A stretch of 64,000 bases of DNA. It comes from Eledone cirrhosa (taxonomy: Eukaryota). The stretch spans positions 332,816,001 to 332,880,000 of the forward strand of contig OZ024743.1 of the NCBI GenBank assembly GCA_964016885.1. The letters are read 5' to 3'. Positions 38,206 through 51,914 of the stretch are shown here, piece by piece (position 1 is the stretch's first letter; each line of letters starts with the position of its first letter). The notes under the pieces are model-generated. The model was not told the DNA's origin, did no database searches, and worked only from the letters and a program-made list of their open reading frames with translations. Both the position numbers and the translations under genes were made by a program.

Positions 38206-39074
38206 ATTTCAAAATCTTTTTCTTTTCTGAACAATAGAACGAACCTCCTTCAGATTCAATGACTGCTCCAGTCTGGTCAACATAACAGCCTGCTCATGAA
38301 ATTAATGTGCAAATGGCAGAGTATTCCACAGACGTGTACCCTTCATGTAATTCTCAGAGAGATTCAGTAAGACATAGCTGGTCCTTTGAATTACCGTCTA
38401 CCCAATTTCACATGAGGCAAGGATTAACCCAAAGCTATGGTAAATGACACTTGCCCAAGATGCTATGCAGTGGGATTAAACCCGAGACCTCATGACTGCA
38501 AGGTCACTTACTGGATAATAATGAAGCAAGACACTTGCCCCTACCCCCTCCACTATAACCAAGTTTTGATTTTGTTTCATTTATTGGCAAGGATCATCAA
38601 CAATAATTAAATTACAAGCTTGATGGTAGTTTCTGGAATTAATATTCACTCAAGTTGTTAAACAGTGGTTCTTTCTGTCTCTCACAGTATCCTTTAACAA
38701 TGGCATTAATAACGAGGTGACTAATGAAATAACTAGCATCACAGATTTACAGTGCTTTATATGGTGTTCAAGTTCATAAGAAATATCGATGTGAACATGA
38801 AATTTAAGAGCTGACAGCTAATACATCGTCTTCTCAATAATTTAGCCTCAACACAAACTACTGATGCAATTACTGAACAGATTTAAGAAATGCATATCAC
38901 ACTGATAATTAAAGTAATAATTATAAATATCCATGGAATTGTTAATTAACAGTGATTATATTTCTTCACATCAAAACAGAAAACACAAATTAGTATACAT
39001 GTGCACATGCTTTTAACAAAAAGTTTATCACAACATAAAACAGAGATCTATGGCTAGCTGGGACAATGGGAAAA

Positions 39075-39400
39075 CTGACAACCATCAGAGTTTGGTGGTT
39101 AACAGCATGTCACTGTGCTCCACAACCTAAACTATGAGAACTACTAGGTGGAATGGTTCACCATGGTAAACAGGAATACCATCAGAGGTTGGTGACTTAC
39201 ATCCTGTAGCTACAGGGTGGAATGGTTCACCATGGTGACATGATACTGTAAATTGTATAAATGTTTTGAGAACCATCAGAAGTCAATGGCTTACATCTTA
39301 CCGCCATCACCGTGATTTCACAACTTAAACAGAACTAGAGTGAAGTGGTTCACCATAGTAAACAGAAATACCACAATACTGTAAACTATACAAGTGTTTT
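39075..39400. repeat. Degenerate local tandem repeats (ACCATCAGA... / GTGGAATGGTTCACCATGGT)
   Basis: Both motifs recur about three times. Confidence 0.5.
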
Positions 39401-40175
39401 GTCAACCTGTAGTTTTAGGTTCAAATGCTCTTCTATACCTCAGTGATGATAAAAGCACTCATCTGGCTCTACATTTAACAACTATTTTAATGCCCTTTTA
39501 CAGGCCCCAGAACAAGCTTCCCTTATTGTCTGTATACTCCACTCATCAAACCCCTGGCTTTCATGTGCTTCATCATTTTCCGTCGTGTTTTTCTTGTCTT
39601 CCCTGTCCTTTAATTCCTTCCACATTCTATCACTCCTCTTACTCTTTCATCCTTCCTCAACATAAGGCCCATCTATCTCGTTCCTTTTTTTTTCACAACA
39701 TTCATTACTGGCTCTATTCCCATCATCCTCTGTAATACATTATTTGCTTTCCTCTCTTCCACTGAGCCAATCTTATTTCAAACAGATGACTGCATTAGAC
39801 CTGGGAATGTTTCGATGGAAGTCGGGTTCCAAATAGATTAAAAGGATGACGACATTAGACCTGGGAATGTTCCAATGGTAGTCAGGTGACATCCAAACAA
39901 ACTTTGGCCCAAATGAGATTAGAGTAGATTGAAACTAGATAGAAGCTGGAAAGAACTTGCAAGGGTTGATCCAAATGAAACCAAGGGTTCATAGACAGGG
40001 GTACAGACTAGGGACAACAGACAGATACATCAAACTGAACTATGATGTTTGGAATTTCTTCAAGAGCAACAGATTAAGAACACCAAATATGTTAGAATTA
40101 AGCAAAAAATAAAGGAAATAACAAAAAATACAATTGCATGGTAGAGCCATGCCAGCATTTACAGCACACACACCA

Positions 40176-40177
<2 letters not shown>

Positions 40178-40245
<68 letters not shown>
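40178..40245. repeat. (CT)n(AT)n(AC)n compound microsatellite
   Basis: Direct inspection. Confidence 0.95.
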
Positions 40246-40572
40246 AAGTTATATAAAGCATCAAAGTGGCACAGTCGTTAAAATGTTGGATAGAATGCTT
40301 TGTGGTATTTGTTTTGGTTCTCTGAATTCTGAGTTCAAATCTTGTTGAGGTCAGATTTGTCTTTGATCCTTTATTTCTAGGTCAATAAATAAAGTATCAG
40401 TTCAGTACTGGGTTGATTTTTTACCCTCCCTCCCTCTCTATTTTTATGGAAGAAATCGACTATGTTCCAGCCTGGAGAGAGATGGGTTAAGCCAAGTTTG
40501 AATATCCAGAACAGGATTTGGGAATTTAGACCTGGCAAAGCTCATCCCTTTCTAAGTAAGAATACAGGAGAT

Positions 40573-40603
<31 letters not shown>

Positions 40604-40863
40604 TATGACCCACTGTATTAACTGGTATTATATTTATCAGTCGTAAAAGGATGAAAGGCAAAACTGACAAAGTACTGAAACAAATCATTCTATCTGACAT
40701 TCTAATGACTCTGCCTCTTCACTACCTTGGCAAAAGTAGAAACAGAAAAACAGAAAATATTTTTTTTAAATAATGAATTTCTGGAAAGGTATGTAAATAA
40801 TTCAAGAAAAAGAAATATTGTAAAATAAAAAAGAAAAAGAAAAATTAATGCCAATTTACTTAC

Positions 40864-41031
40864 GGTTTTTGTCGTAAGTGTTCAAACTTTAATAAACCTT
40901 GGCTGTTAATGCTTATTACAGGATGGTCATTGGTGACAAAGTCGATCCGGAATGGTTCGGCTGAGATAACTATATGATTTGATTCAAATGATACGACTAT
41001 ACCATCTTTGTCTTTTGACACTAATTTCAAG
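40864..41031 (-). CDS. GANAB: GANAB-like exon 2 (NLKLVSKDKDGIVVSFESNHIVISAEPFRIDFVTNDHPVISINSQGLLKFEHLRQK)
   Basis: PFR.D ... S.N..GLL.FEH.R motif; attcAG / CC|GTAAGT; phase 2-2; absent from the ORF track. Confidence 0.94.
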
Positions 41032-41809
41032 CTGAATTTAAATAAATAAACATAAAAGCAACTTTAAGCCTTTTGACAACAAAAAGCACACAGTCCACTC
41101 TGTAAAGTGGTTATTTTGGTGACATGATAAAAAGCACTCAGTTCATGCTGTAAATGTGGTTGGTGTTAGGAAGAGTATCCAGCCATAGAAAGCAAGCTCG
41201 AAACAGTTCTGTATGAGCAAGATACAGTTGCCTGATCTGACTTGTTTCAAAACGGGACACCTCATCTAACCCATGGTAGCGTGGAAAAATGGATGTTATA
41301 CAATGATGATGATTTCTAATGAAAAATACATTGAATGTATTTCAATCAAGAATTTTTGAGAGATTTAGTAAAATAACTTTCATTATCGAGCTGGTATTTG
41401 GAACTTTAACAAAGGTCTAACATGAAATTATGATGGTAGTGTTTTAGATATAATTACTTTAACATTTTTATACCAAACTGGCATTGATTCTATGATACAA
41501 AACTTTTTATTTATATTTATCTAAAAATGTTCCATCATAATTTTATCTAAGGCCCTTTGTTAAGTTATGTTTCAAACAAATCGGTTTAATAGTGAGAAAA
41601 TTATATTACTAATTCTCTCCAAATTCTTAATCATTTTCAAAATATCTATTATTAGAAATATGGGAACCAAGGTGTTAAAACAGTTTTGTTATGGAGAACC
41701 AGAGGTGGTTTCAGATGTTTGGTACTAAAAGGGTTGAAAATTAAAAAAAACTCAGACACTAAAAGGACAAATCAAATTACTTGCAATACCTTCTGGACAA
41801 CTTCTCTTG

Positions 41810-42190
41810 TGATTGTGCCATGACAGAATGTAAATAGTCCACCCTGTAAAGTGGTAGTAGTAGTACTATAATAAAAATCATACAGTTCACCCTGTGAAGT
41901 GGAAGTACTGGTGCCACGATAAAATGCACACAGTCTACCATATAGTGTGGTAGTGGTAGTGCTATGATAAAAGGCACCCAGTACACCTTGTGAAGTGGTT
42001 GTGCTGATGCCACAAAAAATGCAGCCAGTACATCCTGTAAAGTGGTTAGTGTTGGGAAGGGCATCCAGCCATAGCCATCATGCCAAATATGAAATGTATG
42101 AATAAGATGTGATCTCCTGATCAGTCTAAACTCAGAACATAACTCATCCTACTCATAGGAACATGGAAAGGGGATGTAAAAATAATGGTT
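41810..42190 (+). mobile_element. Old RTE/SINE-tail-related element with about 5 degenerate 48-49-bp subrepeats
   Basis: Repeated ATAAAA.GCAC.CAGT.CACCCTGT.AAGTGGT motif followed by GGAAGGGCATCCAGCCATAG. Confidence 0.6.
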
Positions 42191-43492
42191 TCTGATTTAA
42201 GCACAAAGCCAACAAATTTTGGAGAAAAGGCAAGTTGATTACATCGAACCCAGAGCATTACTGGTACTTTATTTTATCGACTCTGTAAGGATGAAAGGAA
42301 AAGCTAACCTTGCCGGGATTTGAACTCAAAACGGAAAGGGCCGTAACTATGCTGCTAAGCATGTTGTCCAATGCTCTACTGATTCTGCCAATCTACTGCC
42401 CTTATACCAATAATTTTCTATCATTTCAAGAGAGTATTATCATATCCTGATGCACAATGCTTGTAAATTGGTAAGCTCATGAGGGCAATGAACAAAATAT
42501 CTTGTTTTTGTCAGCTTTTTATGTTTTTCATCCTTCCAGAGTGGATAAAATAAAGTTTCCAAAAAGAACTGGAGTAAATTGTCTAAATTCTCAACCTGCT
42601 CAGTATAGCCATATTAAGTGGTTGGAGGTCCATTGAACCACAGAAAACCTACCAAACCGTACCAAACAAAGGGTCATGTGTTGAAGACATGACATACTGC
42701 TTAGTAGTGATGCCACAATATAATGCACCCAGTACACTCTGTAAAGTGATAGGTATTAGGATAACCATGTCTGAACAGAAATGAATGTGAGACATGGTCC
42801 CTTGACCCTTCTAGAACTATAGCTTCAATTAAATACTGAATTGGTCTCTAATGATCTATGCTACGATAGCTTTAATTAGACACTGACTTATAACGATCTA
42901 TGTCACTATAGATCTAATTATGTACAGACTTGTACTAAAGATCTATGCCTAAGTCAAAAGTCTGTCTCAAGCCCAGAGGCTCATTAGGCCGGAACTTATC
43001 CTTGGTTTCTTTCACGTTAAGTGACAGAGTACAAGATTCTCTCTGGACAGGATGCCAGCCTATCACAGGAATAAGTCCCTAACTACTGCTGGTAGTCACT
43101 CTCAGCTGAGTGTATTGAAATAACATGAAATAAAGTGTTTTGTTCAAGAACACAACGCAGCACCTTGTATAGGAATCAAACCAATGACATTATGATCGTA
43201 AGTCCAATATCCTAACCATTAGATCATGCAGCTTCACCATAGCTCTAATTAAGTATTGGCAGTCTTTAACGACCTGTACAACCTAGGCCACTATAGAAAA
43301 GGAAGTGTAAATTAATGATGATGACAGGATATGTTGTCAAATCATTGGGAGGAGGGTGATGTCAAATCTTTTTAATGTTATCACTACCATTTTATAGATT
43401 TTTCTATGTTGACACGCTTGCACAGGTTCTCATATTCTGAGACTAGGCAAGTTCAATAATCACATCCTGCACATATGCTCCATTTTTATGTA

Positions 43493-45568
43493 TACTAGAT
43501 GAGAGCGACATCGTCTTCTCCCCCTTTCTGTCACACACACTCACTCACTCACTCACTCTCTCTAAACAAACGTTCATTTTCTCCATGTGCATCTCTTTCA
43601 CTTGGCGCTCCCCTTCTCCCTATATAGAAGAGGACGATGTCGTAACTTTCTGTCTATCTACCCCTTTCTATCACCTTGAAAACACACGGCATTCCTTTTT
43701 CTCTCTCTATGTACATATCTCTTGCTTGGCGCTCCCCCTCTATATAAAGTGAACGTGACAGACAGCGCTTTTATTACAATACTAGCAGTGTATCCCGGCG
43801 TTGCACGGATAAGAACATTGGTAATACCACCTCCAATGAGAAACGTTTATTTGTGAGTGCCTGTTAAAAATTCAAGAAAATATACCAACAAGAAACTTGT
43901 TTTATTTGGAGAAAATTAAGAAGTTGAAAGAACAGTTTATTTGTCTACGTGCATTCATCATCATCATCATCATTTTACGCCCGCTTTTCCCTGTTTGCAA
44001 GGGTGGGACGGGAACTGATTTTGGCTTGATTTCTACAGCTGGATGCCCTTACTAACACCAACCTCATTTACAGTGAGTGCTGGCTGCTTTTTTTACAGTG
44101 GCACCTCCACGACCACTTTGCAGTGGAATGATAGGGACCCCAGTCCTATCATCTCATTTCTACAGCTGAGTAAACTGGAGCAATGTTAAATAAAGTGTCT
44201 TGCTCAAGGAAACAACACATCACCCGGTCTGAGAATTGAACTCACAACCTTTCAATTGCAAGGCCAATGCTCTAACCACTAAGCCATGTGCTTCCGTTGT
44301 TCATAGAAATATTGTTGAGCCCCTTCTTTTCATACTCCTTCTGTGACAGTTGTCCCCCGGCGTTTCCACTCTGTTTTGGCCTATTGGAGTAAATGTGAAA
44401 GAGAAAGTCACAGGTTAAGTTGACAAAAGGTTCCAGTGTCATAGCAGTACGGCATAGGCTACTTAACTCAAAAGTTCATTCGCACTCTTTCCACTAAGTT
44501 ACTCTTTCTCTCTATCCCTCTTGGTGCAGTCTCTTGCGAATTTCTCGTGTAGGCCTGGTGTAGATTTGCACCCGATTCATCTGCCCAATGCACATGTCCG
44601 CTTTGTACGGCTTTTGGAGGAAGGAGTGACCAGCAGTACGTTGTTCGGTATTATTATGAAAAGGTGTAGCAGAGAATCATGCGTGAACTAACAGCTTGGG
44701 AGGAAACTGTTTACCTCGAAGATTCATTCGCCATCGTTCATGTCAACGCTAAGTTTAGTTGGTATTTGTTGGTCTACAGTTAGATGAATAGTGCACAAAG
44801 GGTTAATGTTTATTGGCAAGAAGTTTTTTGATTAATAAAAGACAGGTTAAAGCGACCTACAATGTATCATTCTGCATTGATGTTAGCGGTTTTCGTTATT
44901 GTCAATGTGTTTTTTGGACGGCAAATTCAAGACCCTTCTGTTTCTCCCTCAATAAACTGACTACTATGAAGACCATTCCATGTTGGCCTGTGGATGGAAA
45001 TGCAGAACGCAAAGGTGAAAGTTCAGTGGTAATGGGAGTCCTATGTAGCAGCAGTAACATTGACGTTGCTTACAACGTGTGCTTTCACCCTTTACGGGAT
45101 ATTCTGAAACTAAAAAAATCAATCTATGAACGCAGAAGTAAATATTTCGAAAAACGTTACAACCGAAGGAAAACAGGAAGACGATACTTTGGTCCGTGAA
45201 GATGTTCCCTGGCAATGAACGGAAAATAGCGAAGAAAATATGTCATCAATGAGAACAATTTTTGTCATAATGTCGTAATGCAGACAGCCAGACATACAGA
45301 CATATTATAAGGGTGCGACCTTATAGCTATGTATCTATCTAAAAAGACAGACTAATAAAGAGAGAGAGAGATCGATAACCGGCGCCTAACACGCCTTTAA
45401 CAACAGAAGATTGAAAAATAAAAGCTGCAGTTAATATCTTTAGACCGCAAGGAATATATAAATGCAAGTTTGAAGTCAATCGGAGTAGAAATGTGGATTT
45501 GTATAGACTTTGCAAAACTTAGGGGACACACACACAGACAATTTCAATTTTATATATATGTATAGATA
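43493..45568 (+). mobile_element. Helitron/Helentron-like remnants (short element 43493-43780 and longer element 43780-45568) with a nested SINE
   Basis: ACTAG starts, subterminal CCCGGCGTTGCACGG, end with (ACAG)-type repeats and TTTTATATATATGTATAGAT; degenerate CPLCTA..W.KE segment near 44590 resembles a Helitron zinc-finger region. Confidence 0.45.
43955..44292 (-). mobile_element. tRNA-derived CORE-type SINE, full length, nested in the Helentron-like element
   Basis: Near-identical to 16189-16523 and 45901-46224. Confidence 0.9.
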
Positions 45569-45900
45569 TATTATACACAGAGAGAGACAAGCAAAGCTTG
45601 ACAGAAAATACATTTTAGAACATTTAACACCCTGCTGCCTCTTGTGTTTCATGAATTCTTAACGAAAATTTTTGAACATTTTTGTAGGATCCAGCAAAAA
45701 TCCAGTAAAATTATTATTATAGAGACTAGCTGACACTTCCATAATTTAATTAGAAACAACCACCAAGTATTTAACATCAATACAACATTTGAAATGTTTT
45801 ATTTATAAGTTATACATATGTACTTAAATAATATATACAACTCATGCTAGCATGGAAGATGGACATTAAACGATGATGATGATGATATATATATATATAT

Positions 45901-46224
45901 ATCATTTTACGTCCGCTTTTCCCTGCTTGCAAGAGTGGGACGGGAACTGATTCTGGCTTGATTTCTACAGCTGGATGCCCTTCCTAACACCAACCTCATT
46001 TACAGTGAGTGCTGGGTGCTTTTTTGCCGTGGCACCTCCACGACCACTTTACAGTGGAATGATAGGGACTCCAGTCCCTAACATCTCATTTCTACAGCTG
46101 AGTAAACTGGAGCAATGTGAAATAACGTGTCTTGCTCAAGGAAACAACACATCACCCGGTCTGAGAATTGAACTCACAACCTTTCAATTGCAAGGCCAAT
46201 GCTCTAACCACTAAGCCATGTGCC
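45901..46224 (-). mobile_element. tRNA-derived CORE-type SINE, full length, inserted in an (AT)n tract
   Basis: A/B boxes, CORE-like segment and RTE-like tail; (AT)n on both flanks. Confidence 0.9.
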
Positions 46225-46286
46225 TCCATCATATATATATATATATTACAAAGTGATTTAATGACCTCTCTATATACTGATTTATA

Positions 46287-46678
46287 AAGAGCCCGTAATC
46301 TGTTCTTTGAGAAGTACACAGAGATATGTGTTCAATCATAGGGGATTTAAAACTCCCAGTGTGAGGAACATTAACTACGGAAAGAATGGTGAATACAAAT
46401 CAATTAAAAATATATATTAAATTATAACTATAACATCTGGACATGCTCAAATTAGAGTATGTTTCGCTATTTAAGTGGAGTTTACATACTGAAGTATCGC
46501 TCATCAGTGAAACGTACTCTAATTTGAGCATGACCGGATGTTATAGTTATAACTGGATGGTTAGTACTCTTTCATATATTTTTTTAATTGATTTGTATTC
46601 TTTCCATAGTTAATGTTCCTCACACTGGCAGTTTTAAATCCCCTGTGGTTGATCACATATCTCTATGTATACTTCTCC
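46287..46678. mobile_element. Palindromic insertion with 17-bp flanking direct repeat; possibly a Penelope-derived fold-back
   Basis: Arms 46309-46468 and 46506-46677 are imperfect reverse complements; CTATATACTGATTTATA at 46270-46286 and 46679-46695. Confidence 0.7.
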
Positions 46679-48660
46679 CTATATACTGATTTATACAAAC
46701 ACACACACATATATATATATATACACAACACAAAAATCAAATAAATATCTCACACACATTCTTACCATCCATTCTCTCTCAATAAAGACATGAGATTAAA
46801 AATGAAAAATGTTAGCATTGCTGCTGCCACCACTCTCACAAATACATTCCTACCATCCTCTTTCCACAAAATGACAGACTTTCTATGTCGCAGTTACACA
46901 AGCTTTAATATAAAGGATTGTAGATATTTAAGTTTTTATTCAAAAAGAATATTTTGTTTTTTTTTAAATATAAGACGTTTTTAACCCTTAACATTCTGTA
47001 CTAAATGAAACAGCACCATGACAGAACTATTCATGTTTTGGTAGGGGTTTTCTGGCTGGATGCCCTTCCTATGACCAACCATTTTACTGTGTGGACTGGG
47101 TGCAGTATTCGTGCCATCAGAACTAGAAAGGTTGTCTTACTGGACTCAAGAGTCCTCTCCACCTGGTGTTAGTTTTTATTTGGAATGTCTACTCTCCTAG
47201 ACAGATTGCCCCTTTACAACAGCTTACAGAGCCCACATTTACCCATGTGTACCACATTAGATACTAATTAATAGTTATATTAAGGTGGAGAGAGAGAAAT
47301 ATATAGATTTCCATTTTGTTTGTTTCAAATTCCATTAAAGCATCTACACAGCTAAGTACAACCGGTTAAGTTATAATAAACCGTTGATATGGACCTTTAA
47401 TGTCAACAAGGATTGACCCAGTTGTTCAAGCAACAAGACAGTCTGCTTCTGAAATTAACATGTAAGTGGCTGAGCATTCCACAAACACATGTACCTCTAA
47501 TGCAATTCTCAGGGAGATTCATAGAGACACTGTGTGATAATTACAAGTATAGTCCATCTGACAGGCTTCCAAATAGTTTCTCTCTACCCAATTTCACTCA
47601 TAAGGAATGGGTTGATCCAAGGCTATGGTAAATGACACTTGTCCCAAGATGCCACTCAGTGAGATCAAACTCAGGACCTAATGATTACGAGGTGAACATC
47701 TTAACCATTCATCCATATTGCATTTACTTATAAACTATTATTATCCTAGACAATATAGAAAAACACACCATTTAAACCTGATACAATAGACCATCCCAAC
47801 AAACAAAAGTGAAAAGATGAAACACCGTAATCTTATAGATAGCCCAATGTTTAATATGAATATGAAGTATTTTTTAAATGTTTTTTCACATCGTAATCAA
47901 TGAAACATTTTAGAGAACATTTCATTGACAAACAGGTTAACATAAAAAAAAAGAAACAAAATGTCCATACGCTGATGTGATGAATAGAGTTGCTGGTCTT
48001 CACATGAATTGATGAATGCCACAATGGATTATAATGTACTAACATATAGCAAGGTTATACAGGATTATTATACCAAGGAAACCTGGTACAAATATCAAAC
48101 AACCAGGTAGATGAACTAAAGCAAGTAGAAGGGCTTTGTTCACAAACAATCAATTGACTATAGCAAACTTAACTCACAAACCATGGGAGAGCATTTCTTT
48201 TTGCACTCAGCAATATACATATCATCAACATCACCATTGTTTAAAGTCTAATTTCCATGTTAGCAAGGGTTGGACAGGTCTGCACCTAGCTTACATCTGG
48301 TCTCACGTTTTAGTGAGAGCATCAGCAGGAGAGAGGTTGTCATGTCCTTGTCACAACCTAAAGGTCCTCCCACTCTGTATTTGACAAGCTTTCTATGGCT
48401 GGATGTGCTTCCTATCACCAAACACTTTACAGCATGTACTGGGTGTGTTTAATGTGTAGATCACCAACACTAGGGAGACTCATATCCTTGACATTACTGA
48501 AGGGTCCTCCCAACTCTATGATGGAAAGACTTCATTTCATGTCTGTGCTTGCTTGTGCGTGTGTGTGTATATATACACATACACATGAAATGAAATGAAG
48601 TCATCCTAACGTAAATGAATATAATAATAGTCAACCAGAATGAATATAATAATAGTCAAA

Positions 48661-49773
48661 CAGAACCCAGATCCTCTCAGGGAAATGGCCTTGCTCAGTA
48701 TGTAGGAAAGGTGTAGGTAGGAACTCCATTCTCTGCCCCAAATGCAAACAATGGGTACACAAGAGATGTAGCGGGATCTCAGGAAGCTTAATTAAGAATG
48801 TATGGCTTCACATGCAGCAGCTGTACTGGGACAGCAAGCAGCAAACAGCCACAGGAAACAAGTACCACCAATCTCTGGGAGGGCTCTGTAGAGACAGTAG
48901 ACAGCTTCTGCTACCTAGGTGACTGAATTAGCAACGGAGGTGGGTGTTCAGAAAGTACAATAACTAGGGTAAGAACGGGATGGAAGAAGTTCAGGGAACT
49001 ACTACCACTGCTAGCTGCAAAAGGCTTCTCCCTCAAAATGAAAGGCAGACTGTATGATGCGTGTATCCGAACAACAATGTTACATCGTAGTGAGACCTGG
49101 GCACTGAAGGTGGAAGACTTACGTAGATTAGAGAGAAACGAAGCCTGCATGCTCCGATGGATGTGTAATAGTAATATACGCGAACGACAAAGCATAAATG
49201 AATTAAGAGAGAGACTGAGCATAAGAGGAATCAAATGCTGTATGCAGGAGAGGCGGATGCGTTGGTATGGACATGTGATGCGTGTGAAGGATGACAGCTG
49301 CATAAAAAGGTGCAGAGCACTAGAAGTCGATGGAAACCGCGGAGTGGGGAGACCCAAGATGACCTGGGATGAGGTGATAAAAGCCGACCTTACCCAATTA
49401 CACCTCTCAAAGGCGATGACACACGACCGTGACCTCTGGCGTCACGCAGTAATACAGAGTACCCGACCTCCCATGGGTACAAGCTGAAGCATATAGACAA
49501 TATGCCCCCACACCCTCCCACTGCCACGGCAAAAAAGCACCCAGCCCACACTGTAAAGTGGACGTGTAGGCGCCACGAAGAAGCACCGAGCACTCACTGT
49601 AAATGAGGTTGGTGTTAGGAACGGCATCCAGCTGTAGAAATCAAGCCAAATCAGTTCCTGTATGAGCAAGGCATGGTCAGCCGACCAGACACTGCCCACA
49701 ACAGGACAACCCGTCTAACCCATGCTAGCGTGGAAGAACGGACGTAAAACGGTGATGATGATGATGATGATGA
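48661..49773 (+). mobile_element. 5'-truncated RTE-clade LINE (subfamily A): Cys/His finger remnant, C-terminal region, 3' UTR and (TGA)n tail
   Basis: WPCSVCRKGVGRNSILCPKCKQWVHKRC at about 48685-48770; ORF 49038-49487; reverse complement of 20483-21417. Confidence 0.93.
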
Positions 49774-49889
49774 TGCACCAGTATCAATCACAGTTGATAA
49801 AATCAGGTAAAATAGCCCTGGAGACAGAAAAAGTAGACAGAGGTACATGTGATTTTCTTAACTATTATTAAAGTCCTTTCCATTGGGAC

Positions 49890-50240
49890 CCTTCTTCATC
49901 CACATTCCTGAAAGGGTAGTGGGGGCAGAGTCCTCAAACACCCCTTCCAGCAAGTCCTGTCAGAAGCAACCATCTCCAATTGATCCAACTGGATCACCAA
50001 GTAAGACCAACCAAGCTCATGGATGTTATAAAAAATCATCTTGCTCAAGGTATACCTCTGGTTCTCCTGCCGCTCTAGTGATTCTTTCCTTAGACATTCT
50101 AACCACATGTCTGTAGTATGGGAACTGTGATCCCTCAATTCGGAGAAGCTGCTCCATATGGAATGAGCTACGCAGTCTCCTAAGTCATGTTTCTCTCAAG
50201 AAACTTTGGAGGAAGCCCGTTTCAGCCACTTGCATTCATC
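49890..50240 (-). mobile_element. Old RTE-clade (Expander/Rex3-like) LINE 3' fragment
   Basis: Reverse complement similar to 51300-51680. Confidence 0.6.
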
Positions 50241-51299
50241 ATCATATTCTTCAAATTTTTCCAATATTTCTTAAGTCACCCAGATGCACACAGACACACA
50301 GACACACACACATACACATTTCGGCCCAACAAGAAAGCCTCCACTCAGTTACTTGATTTGCTAGAAATAGTAGCTAAATCTTCCTCTATTTACACCCTAC
50401 CCTCTAAAAATATATATATTGGAGTTCTGTATACAGTATATGTGAGGAAAAGACATGATGGTCACAGTTGGAATATCTTTGATCGTAGGTCTGATCAATC
50501 AGCATTGAACCATGGTTAAACAACAACAACAATCTATACACATGTTAACAACTACTCAGATGTTTTATTTGAAGGTTTAACACAGGTAAGGGTAACCCTT
50601 TTTGAGCAGTGGGCCGCATAGGATGTGGCACCTCATAACGTGGCCGCACTACTAACAAATTCAAAGCAATTTTGGAATTAAGCATGCAATTCAGAAAGCC
50701 AAATGGACCACAGTTTGACCATGTCTGGTTTAGCAGTTTATAAACTAGTGTCTCTGGAAAAGAGACATAGCTGTCAATGGCCCAGTCCAATTGTCTATAA
50801 ATAGGTACCATAAGGTGGTGGAAAACTAACAGTGTGCAACTGTCAACTTGTAAGAATTCAGTTTAAGTCATTTTATTGATTTAACTTAGAAAGAAATTGG
50901 CTTCCCCTAGATCAAGTGTTTGGAATCTGTAGGGCTGGCTGTGGCCACATGAGGCTCTTTAACAGCTTTTAGGCACTCTGATATTTATTTGAGTTAAAAG
51001 CTATAACTTATGATCCGAACACTGGAACAATTTCAGATAAGTTTCAAAGCCAAAAATTGTACTAAGAAAAAAAAAATATTAGCTAAATCCATGTTTTCTT
51101 GTATAAATGTTCGTTTATTTTAAATTATGTGGCTCAACAAAGACTCATTTTTTTTTTTATTTAGCTAAAAATATCACTTAATATTGAAATGGTTCTCCAC
51201 CACTGCTTAAATCAAACACTTTCAGTTATGCCCCAACAATTAAATGGAGTAAAAATATATTTGTGATTAAGGTCTTCAATTTGGTATTTGTGCCTACAC

Positions 51300-51680
51300 T
51301 TACCTATAGTCATGAATCTTGAGTAATGACCAAAAGAATACGATCACAAATACAAGCAGCTGAAATGGGGTTCCTCGAAAGGGTCTTTGTTACTTGATAG
51401 TGCATAGCTTGGAGATCACAGCTCTGATATTACGTACATGTGGTTAGAATGTCTCAGGACAGAATCGCTGGACAAATTTTATGGGCAAAACCAATCAGCA
51501 GGAGGCTCAGAGGTAAACCACAAGCAAGATGGTTGGATAACATCAATAAGCTCAGTTTGTCTTGCTTGGGAATCCAGCTGGATCATTTGGAGGTAGTTAC
51601 TTTTCATGGGACCCTATGGAAAGCATGTTTGAGGACTCTGGCCCCCATGGCTCTCTCAGCAATAAGTAGGTAAAGAAGTG
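51300..51680 (+). mobile_element. Old RTE-clade (Expander/Rex3-like) LINE 3' fragment
   Basis: Degenerate TYSHES.VMTKRIRSQIQAAEMGFL and HVVRMSQDR...RRLRGKPQARWLDNI. Confidence 0.7.
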
Positions 51681-51914
51681 ACCATATTTCTAATGAAATA
51701 CACTATTTCAATTATTGAAGAATTTGGAGGAATTTACTAAAAATGTCATTATTGAGAAAGTAACTTAACATATGGTTGTTATATTAAATTATGTATTAAG
51801 GACACAATAGTCCTAGACATACTACATCTGAATGTAGAGACCGAAATACTTTAGATCATAGCAGCAGTGGTAATTGGTATTTTTGATAGTGTGCATTAAA
51901 CTGCATAAAAGAGA

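Noticed and set aside
29146-40863. Alternative cassette exon equivalent to the vertebrate GANAB optional exon in this region
   Set aside because: The AG..GT candidates I examined near 38500-38810 either contain stops or break frame; none is supportable without RNA data.
44813-45199. 128-aa ORF as an independent gene
   Set aside because: Non-ATG start, no recognisable domain, and it lies within a probable Helentron-like remnant.
50600-51215. hAT/Charlie-like MITE (CAGTGGTGGAGAAC-type end, GGGCCGCA motif) and a possible hAT-TIR origin for satellite 4 (GTGGTTCTCA at 60631)
   Set aside because: Could not define paired TIRs or an 8-bp TSD; matches are too short.
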